Below are positions 15,825 to 26,429 of a DNA stretch of 35,207 nt, in pieces. The position numbers were made by a program, and so were the translations under genes. This DNA comes from an uncultured bacterium (GTDB taxonomy: Bacteria > SAR324 > NAC60-12), in assembly GCA_965662845.1 (NCBI GenBank), contig CBFIJD010000027.1, positions 1 through 35,207 of the forward strand, given 5' to 3'. The notes beneath the pieces were generated by a model. The model saw only the letters and a list, made by a program, of their open reading frames with translations. It made no database searches and was not told where the DNA came from. How positions within the stretch are numbered: position 1 is the stretch's first letter; the number at the start of each line of letters is the position of its first letter.

Positions 15825-16577
15825 ATGACCGTCATGCAGCGTAAATCAGATGTTCTCTCGTTGTCTTCAGAGAGCGCCACCAAAAAGCTACTTTTCACGA
15901 AATCCTCACCAATAACAGCAGGTTCCGCGCCACACCTTTTGGTTTGTGTACTTTCTCTGCTGTGCGCGAGCTGGGGAGGGGCGAGCGTCGGGGGACTGAG
16001 AAGCGCCTTCGCCGATGATTCTCAAGCGCGCTATGAGCGCTTTTTACAGATGCAGAATCGCTACGCGCGCCCGCGTCCTGACAACGCCGACAAGGCACGT
16101 TCGCAGGCGGCAGAGCGGATGATTCGCGGCAACACGTGGTTCGTAAAGCCGATCCCACCGCCGCCCAAGCGGACGTATCGCAACCCACCCGAACACTATG
16201 AAGAGTTCCGAAATCCGCCGGTCTCTCAGCAGGTGGAGCGTCAGATGCGCCAAGCGAACCAACTGGTGCGCAACCCCAAACCCAAAGCGCGCGAGAAAGC
16301 CTTTCCGCCGCTGCCGCCACGCTATGACCTCTCGCGCTACAGTCTGCGCAACTTACCCGACCGGAGCCCACCAGACGACCCGTCGATCTACAAGCAGCAC
16401 AGCTTTACGAGCCAGCGTGTGCGGGAGCTGTCGCGCTATCAGCCTCCCAAGCGCATGCCCAACGAAGCGGACGCGGCCCGCCGCGCTGCACAGCTCGCCA
16501 ACCCCAACCGCTTCTCGAACACCCCGCAAGACCTGCAAGGTTTCCGCAAAGCGCGCGACTCGTATCGAAGCCGATGA
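15825..16577 (+). CDS. Pro/Arg/Gln-rich hypothetical protein, probably exported
   Basis: GAGGA RBS before ATG 15825; hydrophobic stretch ending SAFA, then low-complexity sequence; start uncertain. Confidence 0.55.
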   Translation: MTVMQRKSDVLSLSSESATKKLLFTKSSPITAGSAPHLLVCVLSLLCASWGGASVGGLRSAFADDSQARYERFLQMQNRYARPRPDNADKARSQAAERMIRGNTWFVKPIPPPPKRTYRNPPEHYEEFRNPPVSQQVERQMRQANQLVRNPKPKAREKAFPPLPPRYDLSRYSLRNLPDRSPPDDPSIYKQHSFTSQRVRELSRYQPPKRMPNEADAARRAAQLANPNRFSNTPQDLQGFRKARDSYRSR

Positions 16578-16630
16578 GGGCGCAGCGCCTCCGCTGCCGC
16601 TCCATAAACTGCCCTCTCAGGAGAAGAAGG

Positions 16631-17068
16631 ATGCGTTATCTCACAACACTGCTGCTCGGAATCTGCTGCGGCGCCAGCCCGATTTGGGGACAAACAGTAG
16701 GAGCCCTAAACGTGGAGCTGCGCGGCTTTCGCAGCCAAGAGGGACAAGTTTGGGTGAGGGTGTTCCAAGGCGAGGATGGGTTCCCTACGGCAGGGGAGCA
16801 AGCTGTGCGCACCGAGAACGTCCGAGTCCGCGGTGCCGACATGACGCTGCGCTTTGAAGGCTTGGCCTTCACTGACTATGGCATCTCGGTTCATCACGAT
16901 GAGAACGACAACGGCGAGTTTGATATGACGTGGCTCTTTCAACCAGAAGAGGGCTACGGAGCTTCTAACGACGCAGAGCCTTCCATGGGCCCTCCCTCTT
17001 ATGACGACGCCCAGTTTGACTTCTCACGAGACGGCCAACGGGTCATCATCAATCTCAAGTATGACTGA
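16631..17068 (+). CDS. DUF2141-family exported protein
   Basis: Signal peptide; GFRSQEGQV..F..EDGFP; YGISVHHDENDNG; PEEGYGASND; GPPSYDDAQF. Confidence 0.85.
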   Translation: MRYLTTLLLGICCGASPIWGQTVGALNVELRGFRSQEGQVWVRVFQGEDGFPTAGEQAVRTENVRVRGADMTLRFEGLAFTDYGISVHHDENDNGEFDMTWLFQPEEGYGASNDAEPSMGPPSYDDAQFDFSRDGQRVIINLKYD

Positions 17069-17101
17069 CCGCACGCGAGAGCCGCGCGATCCCCCTCTGC
17101 G

Positions 17102-17239
17102 TCACAGCATCCACAGCAACATCCCTCCCAACACGATCGTCGCCGATGCCAACAAAAAGACGTGCACGATGAAATAGAGCCGGTGGTGCTCATACATATT
17201 GCGTAGCACGTTGAGATAGTCCTGAACAAAAGCGGGCAT
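17102..17239 (-). CDS. Small single-TM membrane protein (45 aa)
   Basis: AAGGAG RBS 5 nt before ATG 17239; MPAFVQDYLNVLRNMYEHHRLYFIVHVFLLASATIVLGGMLLWML; fills an otherwise empty gap. Confidence 0.6.
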   Translation of the reverse strand: MPAFVQDYLNVLRNMYEHHRLYFIVHVFLLASATIVLGGMLLWML

Positions 17240-17317
17240 GTGAACTCCTTGCGTGTTGGAATAAATAGTGCTTCCTTTGACGGCTTTGCGCGCAACCCTC
17301 CGTCTCAAAAGCGAATC

Positions 17318-18547
17318 ATGCTAACGTACGCCCAAGCGAAAGTCACCATTCTGCAACAAGCGCTCTCGCTCACATCAGAAGTGATCCCATTTGAGCAAGC
17401 CATTGGCCGTACCCTCGCGGAACCGCTGACCGCCTCAACGGACTTGCCCCGCTTTGACAACTCCGCAGTGGACGGCTACGCGGTGCGCACCGCAGACATC
17501 GCCGAAGCCTCTGCGAACACGGCGGTCACGCTGCCATGCACCGCTTACATCCACGCTGGTCGGGCAGATCTGCCCCCGCTGGAACCTCAGACTTGTCAAC
17601 AAATCGCGACCGGCGCGCCTCTCCCCCACGGCGCCGATGCCGTCGTCATGCGAGAACAGGTGCAACGCGACGGAGACCAAGTCCGCTTCACGCGCCCTAC
17701 GACCTTGGGGAATAACATCCGCCGCCGCGCCAAAGACCTGAGCGCAGGCACGGCCCTCTTCGCCACAGGCACGACCCTCGCTCCGACGCATTTGGGGCTG
17801 CTCGCCGCACAAGGGCTCACCAAACTCAAGGTCGTCCGCCCGCTGCGCGTCAATGTTCTGTCTACGGGCTCTGAGCTGGTGGAGCCGACCCAAGCGCCAG
17901 GCCCGGGACAAATCCGTGAGTCCAACAGCTACTTGCTGCAAGGGCTGCTGCAGAGCGAGGCCTGTGTGGTGCAGCGTCTGCACAAAGTGGTGGATGACCT
18001 ATCCAGCACAGTGGACACGCTACGCGCGGCTTTGCAAGCGGACGTGTTGCTGATTTCGGGGGGCGTCTCAGTAGGAGACTCCGACTTTGTCAAACCTGCG
18101 ATGCGCGAGCTGGGCGTGGAAGAGATCTTCTGGCGCGTGGGCATCAAACCGGGCAAGCCTCTGTTTTTCGCTAGACATCACCAGACGTTGATTTTTGGGC
18201 TGCCTGGCAATCCCGCTTCGACGTTTGTGCTGTTTGAAGAGCTAGTCCGCCCGTTTCTGCGCAAATGCCTAGGACACAACGCCTTAGAGCCGCCCCTCCG
18301 GCGCGCGCGCTTGACCTGTGCACACGAAGAGACCTCTGAGCGGGTGCAGCTTCTGCGCGCCCGCTGGTTTTATGAGCACGCTACCGACTGGATTGAGCCC
18401 ATGCCCGAGCAGGGATCGTTCAGCATCGCCTCCATCTCTGGCGCGAATGCCCTGATTCATCTCCCCGAGCACTCGTTGCCGCATCGCGCGGGTGACGAGG
18501 TCACATTTCGCCCGCTGGCCCACCGCTTCACGCTCCTTGCTTCATGA
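17318..18547 (+). CDS. moeA: Molybdopterin molybdotransferase MoeA
   Basis: PRFDNSAVDGYAV, IATGAPLP, STGSEL, SGGVSVGDSD, IKPGKP, GLPGNP. Confidence 0.95.
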   Translation: MLTYAQAKVTILQQALSLTSEVIPFEQAIGRTLAEPLTASTDLPRFDNSAVDGYAVRTADIAEASANTAVTLPCTAYIHAGRADLPPLEPQTCQQIATGAPLPHGADAVVMREQVQRDGDQVRFTRPTTLGNNIRRRAKDLSAGTALFATGTTLAPTHLGLLAAQGLTKLKVVRPLRVNVLSTGSELVEPTQAPGPGQIRESNSYLLQGLLQSEACVVQRLHKVVDDLSSTVDTLRAALQADVLLISGGVSVGDSDFVKPAMRELGVEEIFWRVGIKPGKPLFFARHHQTLIFGLPGNPASTFVLFEELVRPFLRKCLGHNALEPPLRRARLTCAHEETSERVQLLRARWFYEHATDWIEPMPEQGSFSIASISGANALIHLPEHSLPHRAGDEVTFRPLAHRFTLLAS

Positions 18548-19605
18548 AACGACTGCGACAATCTTTTACTCTCCAAGAGCTCGCTCAGCGCTTGGAGCTG
18601 CCGTTCCAAGGGAACGCAGACTTGCACATCACCCATGCGTGCGGACTCGACCGCTTGCGGCCGGGCGGACTGGCCTATCTGAGCTCTTCCTCGGGGCTGG
18701 GGAATGTCCCGACCCCCCGAGGCGTCTCTAAAAAACAACACGACGCTTCGGAGATCGCCGGAGACGACATCGCGGTCATCGTCCCCGCTGGAACTCGCGC
18801 AGAAGGACAAAACCTACTGTTCTCTAACGACCCGCTGGTGTCGCATGTCCACGCTACCGAATTGCTGCACCCCTATGAGCGCCCGAGCGCCCAGGTGCAC
18901 CCCACCGCGATCTTAGGAGAAAACGTGGTCTTGGGCGAAGGCGTCTGGATCGGCCCGCACGTCGTCCTCTACGATCAGGTGCAAATCGGCGCTCGCACCG
19001 TCGTTCACGCGGGCTGTGTCCTGATGACAGACGCGAAAATTGGGGAAGACTGCGAACTCTTCCCCCACGCGGTGGTGCAGGAGCAGTGTGTGGTCGGAGA
19101 CCGTGTGATTTTGCAGAGTGGTGTGGTGCTTGGCGCCGATGGACACGGCTATTTTCAGCGAGAAGGCAAGAACTTCAAAATTCCGCAGGTGGGAACGGTG
19201 CGGGTCGGTGATGATGTGGAGCTCGGCGCAGGTACGACGGTTGACCGCGCACGCTTTACAGAAACGGTCGTTGAGGCCGGCAGCAAAGTTGATAACCAAG
19301 TCCAAATCGCACACAACGTCGTCGTCGGAGAGCAAGCGCTCATCTCAGCCCAATCGGCCATCGGTGGGAGCGCTAAGATTGGTCACCACCTGATCCTTGG
19401 CGGACAAACCGGCATCCGCGACAACGTGGAAGTCGGGAACAACGTCACGGCCGTCGCGCGGTCGGTGATCACGAGCAACTTGCAGGATCAAGAGGTCGTC
19501 GGGGGCATGCCCTCTCGCCCTGTCGCCCAGTGGCGCAAAACCCAAGCCCTGATTCATCGCCTCGAAGAGCTCTTCGAGCGTGTGAAGAGATTGGAGTCTC
19601 GCTAA
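18544..19605 (+). CDS. lpxD: UDP-3-O-acylglucosamine N-acyltransferase
   Basis: Hexapeptide repeats, GADGHGY, KIPQVG, VDNQVQIAHNV; ATGA overlap with moeA. Confidence 0.92.
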   Translation: MKRLRQSFTLQELAQRLELPFQGNADLHITHACGLDRLRPGGLAYLSSSSGLGNVPTPRGVSKKQHDASEIAGDDIAVIVPAGTRAEGQNLLFSNDPLVSHVHATELLHPYERPSAQVHPTAILGENVVLGEGVWIGPHVVLYDQVQIGARTVVHAGCVLMTDAKIGEDCELFPHAVVQEQCVVGDRVILQSGVVLGADGHGYFQREGKNFKIPQVGTVRVGDDVELGAGTTVDRARFTETVVEAGSKVDNQVQIAHNVVVGEQALISAQSAIGGSAKIGHHLILGGQTGIRDNVEVGNNVTAVARSVITSNLQDQEVVGGMPSRPVAQWRKTQALIHRLEELFERVKRLESR

Positions 19606-19762
19606 AGAGAGAAGACCCCCAGCGTGACCCAGCGCGACAGCGAGAAGGATGAACAGAGAATCCCTTTGTGAGGTCTCTCTTCCGCTCGCTAGATGTCTGG
19701 CCTCCGATTCATGACTGACCGCGTTACCAACCGTCTGCCGGAACCCTTTCTTTCGTATCACC

Positions 19763-20587
19763 ATGTCTGCTCCAGAAAACGCTCCTGCCTCAGAACCTGC
19801 TCCTGCCACCACCACCGACCCGCCACGGTTTCGCGCCTCTGCCAAAGGAAAGCGTCTCTTCGGCTTGCTGCTGGACCTCGTCATCATCGTGCTGTTTCTG
19901 AACACGCTGCGCGCGCTCTTCAAACCAGAGCGCTGGGACTTGCTGCAACAAGGGCAAACGACGTTTGATCTGACGTGGTTTTATGCCGCAGTGGTCGCCT
20001 ATTTGGTGCTGCGGGACGCCAACGGCGCGAGCGTGGGGAAGTTCTTTTTGGGCATGAGCGTTCGTCGCGCAGAGCGGTTGTCGGATCCTCCGTCACTGGT
20101 GCAGACGCTGCAGCGCAATCTCACGATGGTCGGGCTGCCGCTGGAGGGCCTCTATGCGCTGTGGGAACCGTACGGACGGCGCGTGGGAGATCGGTGGGCC
20201 GGCACGGTCGTCATTGACAATCCCAACGCGATTCGGGGCATCCGCCGGATCATCTTGGCGAATCTACTGTTCTTTGGCTCGTTTGTGCTCGCTCTGGGGC
20301 TGCAGCAACCGAACATCCGCAAAGCCGCAGCCTATCAAATCGCTCTGGAGCACCTGCAAGAGCGTCCAGATGTCAGGGCGCTGCAAGACGAAGGCTTGGA
20401 GCTGGCTGACCCTGAAATGAACCTGGATTTTCGCGAGAACCCTGAGCCTTCGGTAGTCCGCTTTCGCATTGACGAAGACAACCAGACGCGGGTGTTTGAT
20501 GTCTCTCTTCAGCTACAGCAAACGCCCGAACCGCGTTGGGAAATTCTGGAGACGACGGCGATCATTTTGACCGGAGAAGATGAGTAG
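19763..20587 (+). CDS. RDD-family membrane protein with C-terminal extension
   Basis: KRLFGLLLD, GASVGKFFLG, QRN, RRVGDRWAGTVVI. Confidence 0.82.
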   Translation: MSAPENAPASEPAPATTTDPPRFRASAKGKRLFGLLLDLVIIVLFLNTLRALFKPERWDLLQQGQTTFDLTWFYAAVVAYLVLRDANGASVGKFFLGMSVRRAERLSDPPSLVQTLQRNLTMVGLPLEGLYALWEPYGRRVGDRWAGTVVIDNPNAIRGIRRIILANLLFFGSFVLALGLQQPNIRKAAAYQIALEHLQERPDVRALQDEGLELADPEMNLDFRENPEPSVVRFRIDEDNQTRVFDVSLQLQQTPEPRWEILETTAIILTGEDE

Positions 20588-20590
20588 GTT

Positions 20591-21802
20591 TTACGCCGCG
20601 GCTGCGGGCTGCGGGGCTTGAAGGCGCCGTCGCACCAGCCACGCTAGCAGCGGGACCACGGCCAGGGTGCCCATCGCTACCAAGCCGATGTGAGCCATGC
20701 CCTCCAGACGCCCGTCCTGCATGTCGAGCAGCGCCGTGCTCCACACGCCTCCTAAGCCCATGGTGAGGTTGGTCACAATCAAGCTCATCGACATCAGGCG
20801 TCCTCGCATTTGTGGCCCCGTCAACTCCACGAGTACGGTCTGTAGGCCAGGCCAGCGCATTGACCCGCCCAGCATGATCCCGAAGAAGATGCCACCGACC
20901 CAGGCGACCGGCAGCAGCTCTTGCGTCGCGATGACCATCGCTGCGCCCATCAAGAGTGACCCCAGACCAATCAAACGAAAGCGCCAGCCGCGCTGCAAGA
21001 GCCAGCCTGCGAGGCGGTTCCCCAGCAAGCTGCCGACGCCACCTTGCATGTAGCACAGCCCCAGCGTGGCGGCAGTCAGGCCATAGTTCGTGGTGAGCCA
21101 AATGCTGAGCTGCGGGATGAAGCCGAACAGCCCGATCATCATGAAAAACTGCATCACAAACACGAGACGAACCTCAGGCCAGCGCCAGAGCGCCAGCATC
21201 TCTACATATTGAGCTTTGACCGAGCCCGACTCTGCGCCTGTGGCGATGGCCGGCAGCGTCGCAATCCAGAGCGCGGCCAGCGCTCCACCGAAGGCGATCC
21301 CTCCAAAGGCCCAGCGCCATGAGAACCACTCCGCTAGCGCCGCCCCAACCGGCACTCCCAGAATGGACGCTAGCGTAAAGCCCAGCATGATGTTCGTGAG
21401 GGCTCGTTCGCGCTCGGGGCTCTGCAGCGCGTCGCCAGCGTAAGCCAGACAGTTAGACATGATGGGCCCCGCGAAGGCCCCTGAGAGCACGCGGAAGAGC
21501 AGAATCGTGAAGACATCTGGTGCCAGCGCGCAGCCGAGCGTGGCCACGACAAATCCAGCGCTCAAGATCAACATCATCCGCTTGCGCCCCAAGCGGTCAG
21601 ACCACGGCGCAAACAAAAACGCCGAGACCGCGCCAGCGGCAGGATACACCGAGACCAGCAAGCCACTCCGCAGCGGATCTAAGCCCGTGTCGCGAGAGAT
21701 GTCGGCGCTGAGGGGCACCATAATCAAATGGTCAATCCACGAAAAAAACGTCAGCAAAAAGAGCGGCGGCAGCAGGCGCCAGTAGCGTGGCAGCGCCTCC
21801 AT
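20591..21802 (-). CDS. MFS transporter
   Basis: About 12 hydrophobic segments, motif A SDRLGRKR, FRVLSG, SWRWAF; start uncertain. Confidence 0.9.
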   Translation of the reverse strand: MEALPRYWRLLPPLFLLTFFSWIDHLIMVPLSADISRDTGLDPLRSGLLVSVYPAAGAVSAFLFAPWSDRLGRKRMMLILSAGFVVATLGCALAPDVFTILLFRVLSGAFAGPIMSNCLAYAGDALQSPERERALTNIMLGFTLASILGVPVGAALAEWFSWRWAFGGIAFGGALAALWIATLPAIATGAESGSVKAQYVEMLALWRWPEVRLVFVMQFFMMIGLFGFIPQLSIWLTTNYGLTAATLGLCYMQGGVGSLLGNRLAGWLLQRGWRFRLIGLGSLLMGAAMVIATQELLPVAWVGGIFFGIMLGGSMRWPGLQTVLVELTGPQMRGRLMSMSLIVTNLTMGLGGVWSTALLDMQDGRLEGMAHIGLVAMGTLAVVPLLAWLVRRRLQAPQPAAAA

Positions 21803-22031
21803 GGCGGGCGTGGGGAGAGAAGCGGAAGACGGTGAGTTCACGAAAATTCCATGCGAATGGCAAATCAAAGTTTTGGACGGAGCGCAAAGCCAAGTCTCTC
21901 ACTCTACGCCGAGTCCCATCGAAGCACAATCCACAGCAGACCTCGGGGCAGAAAGCACTTTACTTTCTCTCAGAAAACGCCGATTTTTCGCGTTTGCACC
22001 CTAATTTGTGACCACATCTGAGGAGGAGACA

Positions 22032-22634
22032 ATGAAGATTTTCATGGACACCGAGTTCACTGGCTTACATCGCGACACAACGCTCATTTCGTTGGGGATG
22101 GTCGCAGAGACTGGGCAAACCTTTTACGCAGAATTTGCCGACTTCGATGAGTCACAGCTAAACGCTTGGCTCACAGAGAACGTGGTGAGCAAGCTGTTGT
22201 TTTGGAAGCTCAAGGACTCCAAGGCGTTTCAGGTCGAGCAACGCAAAGAGCCCTTCTGCAACTGGGACGATCAACACAACGTGGAGATGCTGGGCGATAC
22301 GGAAAAAGTCTGCAAATGCATCATGCAATGGCTCAACGACATCAACGAAGATCCAACCTGCGCCTTGACGCACTCCATCGAGATTTGGGGCGATAACGTG
22401 GCGTTTGACTGGGTGTTGTTCTGTGACTTGTTCGGACACGCGCTCAACCTGCCGCCTTGCATTCAATACATCCCGTTCGACATCGCGACGCTGTTCCGCG
22501 ACCGAGGCATGAACCCTGAGCTAGATCGCGCGGTGTTTGCGGGGATGGAGAAAAAAGAAGAGAACATCCACAACGCGCTGTGGGATGCGCAAGTCGCAAA
22601 AGCTTGCTACGACAGGCTCATGGCCGCCGCCTGA
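22032..22634 (+). CDS. DEDDh 3'-5' exoribonuclease (Rv2179c/DUF5051-like)
   Basis: IFMDTEFTGL, LISLGMV, FYAE, AFDWVLF, HNALWDA; AGGAGG RBS. Confidence 0.85.
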   Translation: MKIFMDTEFTGLHRDTTLISLGMVAETGQTFYAEFADFDESQLNAWLTENVVSKLLFWKLKDSKAFQVEQRKEPFCNWDDQHNVEMLGDTEKVCKCIMQWLNDINEDPTCALTHSIEIWGDNVAFDWVLFCDLFGHALNLPPCIQYIPFDIATLFRDRGMNPELDRAVFAGMEKKEENIHNALWDAQVAKACYDRLMAAA

Positions 22635-23543
22635 TCACTCCCGTCGAGGAATCCACTGCAACGAAGCCCGGTAGACCACGCGGTCGCGCAAGTCGAAATC
22701 GTCTTGCATCTTATCGGGCTGCGCAAACGTCTCGCCGGTGTTCTCCCTAAACTCCCACAGCCGGTGTGACACCCACCCCATCGTTCCTCCCAACCACCAC
22801 TCCTTGAACACTTGCCACACGAAGCCTCCCTCTGAACGCACCTGTACAATCCGCAGCATGTTGCCGTTAAATGGAGCCTTGTTTTGCAGACGATAGTTCC
22901 AGCTATCCACCCGAGATTCCCCTTGTAGCAAGAAGTCGGCAGAGACTTGGTACTCGGCGCGCACAAAGGAAGGGAAGAAAACCTGCGCCTTCCAACGGTC
23001 GGTGAGGTGGGTGGAGTAGCCAGCCAACGGTACGGAGATGCGCTCGTTGTAGATGCGCGCCGAGGTCACACCTAGCTGCCACTCTTCGGTCGGGCCCGTG
23101 TGATAAAATAAGACTGTTCCGGTGCGGAAGAAATCGTCGTCACTTATGTCTCGGCCGTCGGACTCAAAAAATTCCGTTCCCCGCACGAGCAAACCTGAAG
23201 AAGCCCAGCGCCGAACGATCCCCACACTGCGACCGTTTTTGTATAGGCGATTGGGATACGCCACATTTTGATATTCTGCGCTGTAGTGCACACGCCGCGT
23301 CTCATAATGCAGCATGATCAATCCAACATACGGCTCCAGCGGCAGGGGAATCATCAAGTCCGTCTTTGTCTCATCAAAGCCGACTTCTCCATCAGAGATG
23401 CTCTCTTCCGCAGGCAGAACCGAGAGCGTTTGCCAGCGAAGAAGAGGGACGCCTTGGGCACGCAGAGAAGTCGCGCCAAAATGCAAAAGAACGCAAAACA
23501 GGACACAGAGACACGCCAAATGCTTGAAGGGGGTGCAGAGCAT
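22635..23543 (-). CDS. Putative outer-membrane beta-barrel protein (DUF6268-like)
   Basis: Signal peptide ending SLRA, alternating aromatic beta-strand pattern, PLAGYS..RWK..FFP segment. Confidence 0.6.
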   Translation of the reverse strand: MLCTPFKHLACLCVLFCVLLHFGATSLRAQGVPLLRWQTLSVLPAEESISDGEVGFDETKTDLMIPLPLEPYVGLIMLHYETRRVHYSAEYQNVAYPNRLYKNGRSVGIVRRWASSGLLVRGTEFFESDGRDISDDDFFRTGTVLFYHTGPTEEWQLGVTSARIYNERISVPLAGYSTHLTDRWKAQVFFPSFVRAEYQVSADFLLQGESRVDSWNYRLQNKAPFNGNMLRIVQVRSEGGFVWQVFKEWWLGGTMGWVSHRLWEFRENTGETFAQPDKMQDDFDLRDRVVYRASLQWIPRRE

Positions 23544-23667
23544 GAGCGGGGTGTGGGGATGGGGTGACGAGCGTAAGTTACAAAAATGCCACAGCATAGG
23601 AAGCGAAGCGGTGTTTCGCAAGTTTTGTCGTTACGAACGCACAGAAGCGAGGGGCGCAAGATGTTTG

Positions 23668-23757
23668 GTAGGGGCGAAACATTTTTCGCCCTTACGGTTA
23701 TTGTTTCGTGTTTCGCCCTTACCTAGCTTGGATTGGGGGTGTGATCGTAGGGGCAGG
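23668..23757. repeat. GTAG-type REP palindrome plus partial copies
   Basis: GTAGGGGCGAAACATTTTTCGCCCTTAC (23668-23695) is 26/28 identical to 12756-12783; half-sites TTTCGCCCTTAC (23711-23722) and GTAGGGGCAGG (23747-23757). Confidence 0.88.
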
Positions 23758-23837
23758 AGGTGGCTTGACGCTTGCTATCCGCAATCTGCGTAACATCACC
23801 CGAAATCCTGCCGTCAACAGTCTGTTCTGAAGAGCTC

Positions 23838-26429
23838 ATGAGCATCTCCCTCAGCAACTTCACTCTCAAGGCCGAAGAGGCGCTTCTGCAAGCTCGCCAA
23901 ATGGCCCTCGCGGCACAGCATGCTCGTGTGGAGCCGGAGCACCTGCTCTTGAGTCTGTTGGAGCAAAACGACTCCATGACCCAGCTCTGTCTGAGCAAGC
24001 TGGAGCTAGACCGCGCTCTGTTGCAGCTCAAACTGCAGCAACACATCCGCGACCTGCCGAAGGCGCCAGAGCCGATTGAGCAATCTTTCATCGCGCGCAC
24101 GCTGCATGGGGTGATCTTGCAGGCAGAGAAAGAAGCCGTCCTGCTGAACGAGAAGTATACCAACGTGGACCATTTAATGTTGGGGCTGTTAGGACATCAG
24201 GAGGGCTTTCTGGGGATCGTCTGGCAGCAAGAAGGCGCGCAGGCCGACCAACTGCGCAACGAATTGTCTCAGCTGACGCGAGCAGAACAAACCATTGTCC
24301 AGACGACCAAACAAAGCGAAGCCGCGCTGGAGAGCTACTGCTTGGATATGCTCACCATGGCGCGCAACGGCGAGCTAGACCCCGTCATTGGCAAGGAAGA
24401 AGAGGTCCGTTACCTGATCCAAGTGCTGTCGCGTCGCAGCAAAAACAACCCCGTTTTGATTGGAGAATCTGGCGTCGGAAAGACCGCAATTGTGGAGTGT
24501 TTGGCGCAGCGGATCGTCTCGGGCGATGTGCCGGAGTGGCTCCGCAATCGGCGCCTGCTCGCCTTGGATTTGGCGACGATGATCGCGGGTACGAACTATC
24601 GAGGTGAGTTTGAAAAGCGCATGAAGCAGCTCATCCGCGAGGTGGAAGAGTCTCGGGGCGAAGTGATCTTGTTTGTGGATGAGCTGCACATGCTCGTCGG
24701 GGCCGGTTCCAGCGAAGGCAGTGTGGACGCCGCCAACATGCTCAAACCCGCGCTGGCTCGAGGGCGGTTGCGCTGCATTGGGGCCACCACCTTAAAAGAG
24801 TACAAGACATACATCGAGAAAGACGCTGCGCTCAGTCGACGGTTCCAGCAGATTTTGATCCGCGAACCCAACGTGGAAGAGACCATCACGATTTTGCGGG
24901 GCTTGCGTGAAAACTACGAGAACCACCACGGGGTGATCATTCAAGACCGTGCGTTAGTCGCGGCCGCTCAGCTCTCGGAGCGGTATGTGCGCGAGCGGTT
25001 CCTGCCAGACAAAGCGATTGATCTGGTCGATGAAGCCGCCGCGAGCCTGCGCTTGCAAATGGACTCCATGCCGAGCGAGCTGGATCAGTTAGAACGAAAA
25101 ATTCGCCAACTGGAAAAGCAGCGCACCGCTCTTCGTCGTGAAACCGATGAGGCTTCTCTGCAACGGCGCCAGCAGCTGCGCGAGCAACACGAGCAGCTGC
25201 AAATCCGCTTTCAACAGACGCGCCGTCGTTGGCAAGAAGAGCGCGCGCTGGTCGAACGCATCCGTCAGGTCCGCCGCGCGATCGGAGAGACGCGTCAGGC
25301 CGAGTGGGAAGCCCAACGGGCTGGCGATCTGGAGCGTGCCGCCAAACTGCACTACGAAACGCTGGATCAACTAGAAGAACAACTGAAATTGGCAGAGCAA
25401 GAGCTGGCACAACGCCCCGACCGCTTGACAAAAGAAGAGATTGACCCAGAAGACATTGCCGCGATTGTGTCGCAACGCACTGGAATCCCCATCGCCAAGA
25501 TGCTGGCAGACGAGCAACAAAAACTGGTCAATATGGAAGCCAAGATTGGCGAACGGATCATTGGTCAAAACGAAGCCCTGGCTCGGGTCGCCAGCGCGAT
25601 TCGTCGCAGCCGAGCGGGCATCCAAGACCCCAACCGCCCGATTGGCTCCTTTATCTTTATGGGAAGCTCCGGTGTCGGCAAAACCGAACTCGCGCTGGCG
25701 TTGGCGCACTTTCTCTTTGACGATGACAAGTCTCTGCTGCGCTTTGACATGTCAGAATATATGGAAAAGCAGTCTATCAGCCGACTCTTGGGAGCCGCGC
25801 CAGGATATGTTGGATTTGAGGAGGGCGGACTGTTGACCGAAAAAGTGCGGATGCAGCCCTATGCGGTCTTGCTCTTTGATGAAGTCGAGAAGGCGCATGC
25901 CGACATCTTCAACCTGTTTTTGCAAATTCTGGATGATGGGCACCTGACCGACGCACAAGGGCGCAAGGTCGATTTTCGCAACACGCTGATTATCATGACA
26001 ACCAACATCGGGCATGATCTCGTGCGGCACGATGAAAAGAAACGCACGGAGGGGCGAGACCTGCAAAAAGACGCGCGCCGCTTGCTGCTAGAGCACTTCC
26101 GCCCAGAATTTCTCAATCGGGTAGACGAGATCATCCCTTTCAAGAACCTCTCGCTCTCTCACATTCGCCACATCTGTCGGCTGCAATTGCAGCAGCTACA
26201 GCGGCGGCTGGAAGCCCAAGAAATTCAGCTAGAGCTCACCGAAGCCGCCGAGGTGTTCTTGGCCCAGCGCGGCTATGACGCGGTCTTTGGCGCCCGCCCA
26301 ATGAAGCGCACCTTGCAACGGGATGTACAAGATCCGATTGCGATCAAACTGCTAGATGGCGAGCTCCGCGCGGGTCACACACTGCGCTTGGATGCGACGC
26401 AGAACAAGCTACAGTTTCACATTCTGTAA
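23838..26429 (+). CDS. clpB: ClpB-type AAA+ disaggregase
   Basis: Clp N-domain, [22 protein letters not shown], long coiled-coil M-domain, [41 protein letters not shown]. Confidence 0.9.
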   Translation: MSISLSNFTLKAEEALLQARQMALAAQHARVEPEHLLLSLLEQNDSMTQLCLSKLELDRALLQLKLQQHIRDLPKAPEPIEQSFIARTLHGVILQAEKEAVLLNEKYTNVDHLMLGLLGHQEGFLGIVWQQEGAQADQLRNELSQLTRAEQTIVQTTKQSEAALESYCLDMLTMARNGELDPVIGKEEEVRYLIQVLSRRSKNNPVLIGESGVGKTAIVECLAQRIVSGDVPEWLRNRRLLALDLATMIAGTNYRGEFEKRMKQLIREVEESRGEVILFVDELHMLVGAGSSEGSVDAANMLKPALARGRLRCIGATTLKEYKTYIEKDAALSRRFQQILIREPNVEETITILRGLRENYENHHGVIIQDRALVAAAQLSERYVRERFLPDKAIDLVDEAAASLRLQMDSMPSELDQLERKIRQLEKQRTALRRETDEASLQRRQQLREQHEQLQIRFQQTRRRWQEERALVERIRQVRRAIGETRQAEWEAQRAGDLERAAKLHYETLDQLEEQLKLAEQELAQRPDRLTKEEIDPEDIAAIVSQRTGIPIAKMLADEQQKLVNMEAKIGERIIGQNEALARVASAIRRSRAGIQDPNRPIGSFIFMGSSGVGKTELALALAHFLFDDDKSLLRFDMSEYMEKQSISRLLGAAPGYVGFEEGGLLTEKVRMQPYAVLLFDEVEKAHADIFNLFLQILDDGHLTDAQGRKVDFRNTLIIMTTNIGHDLVRHDEKKRTEGRDLQKDARRLLLEHFRPEFLNRVDEIIPFKNLSLSHIRHICRLQLQQLQRRLEAQEIQLELTEAAEVFLAQRGYDAVFGARPMKRTLQRDVQDPIAIKLLDGELRAGHTLRLDATQNKLQFHIL

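Noticed and set aside
12933..16577. TldD/PmbA as part of a RiPP (microcin-like) cluster
   Set aside because: No YcaO, other modifying enzyme, recognisable precursor or dedicated exporter nearby; tldDE is commonly housekeeping.
19606..19762. Structured ncRNA in the lpxD-RDD intergenic region
   Set aside because: Only a weak AGAGA..GACC / GGTCTCTCT complementarity; no recognisable RNA family motif. An Rfam/Infernal search would settle it.
23314..23793. 159-aa plus-strand ORF containing VGAKHFSPL
   Set aside because: REP read-through, antisense to the beta-barrel gene.
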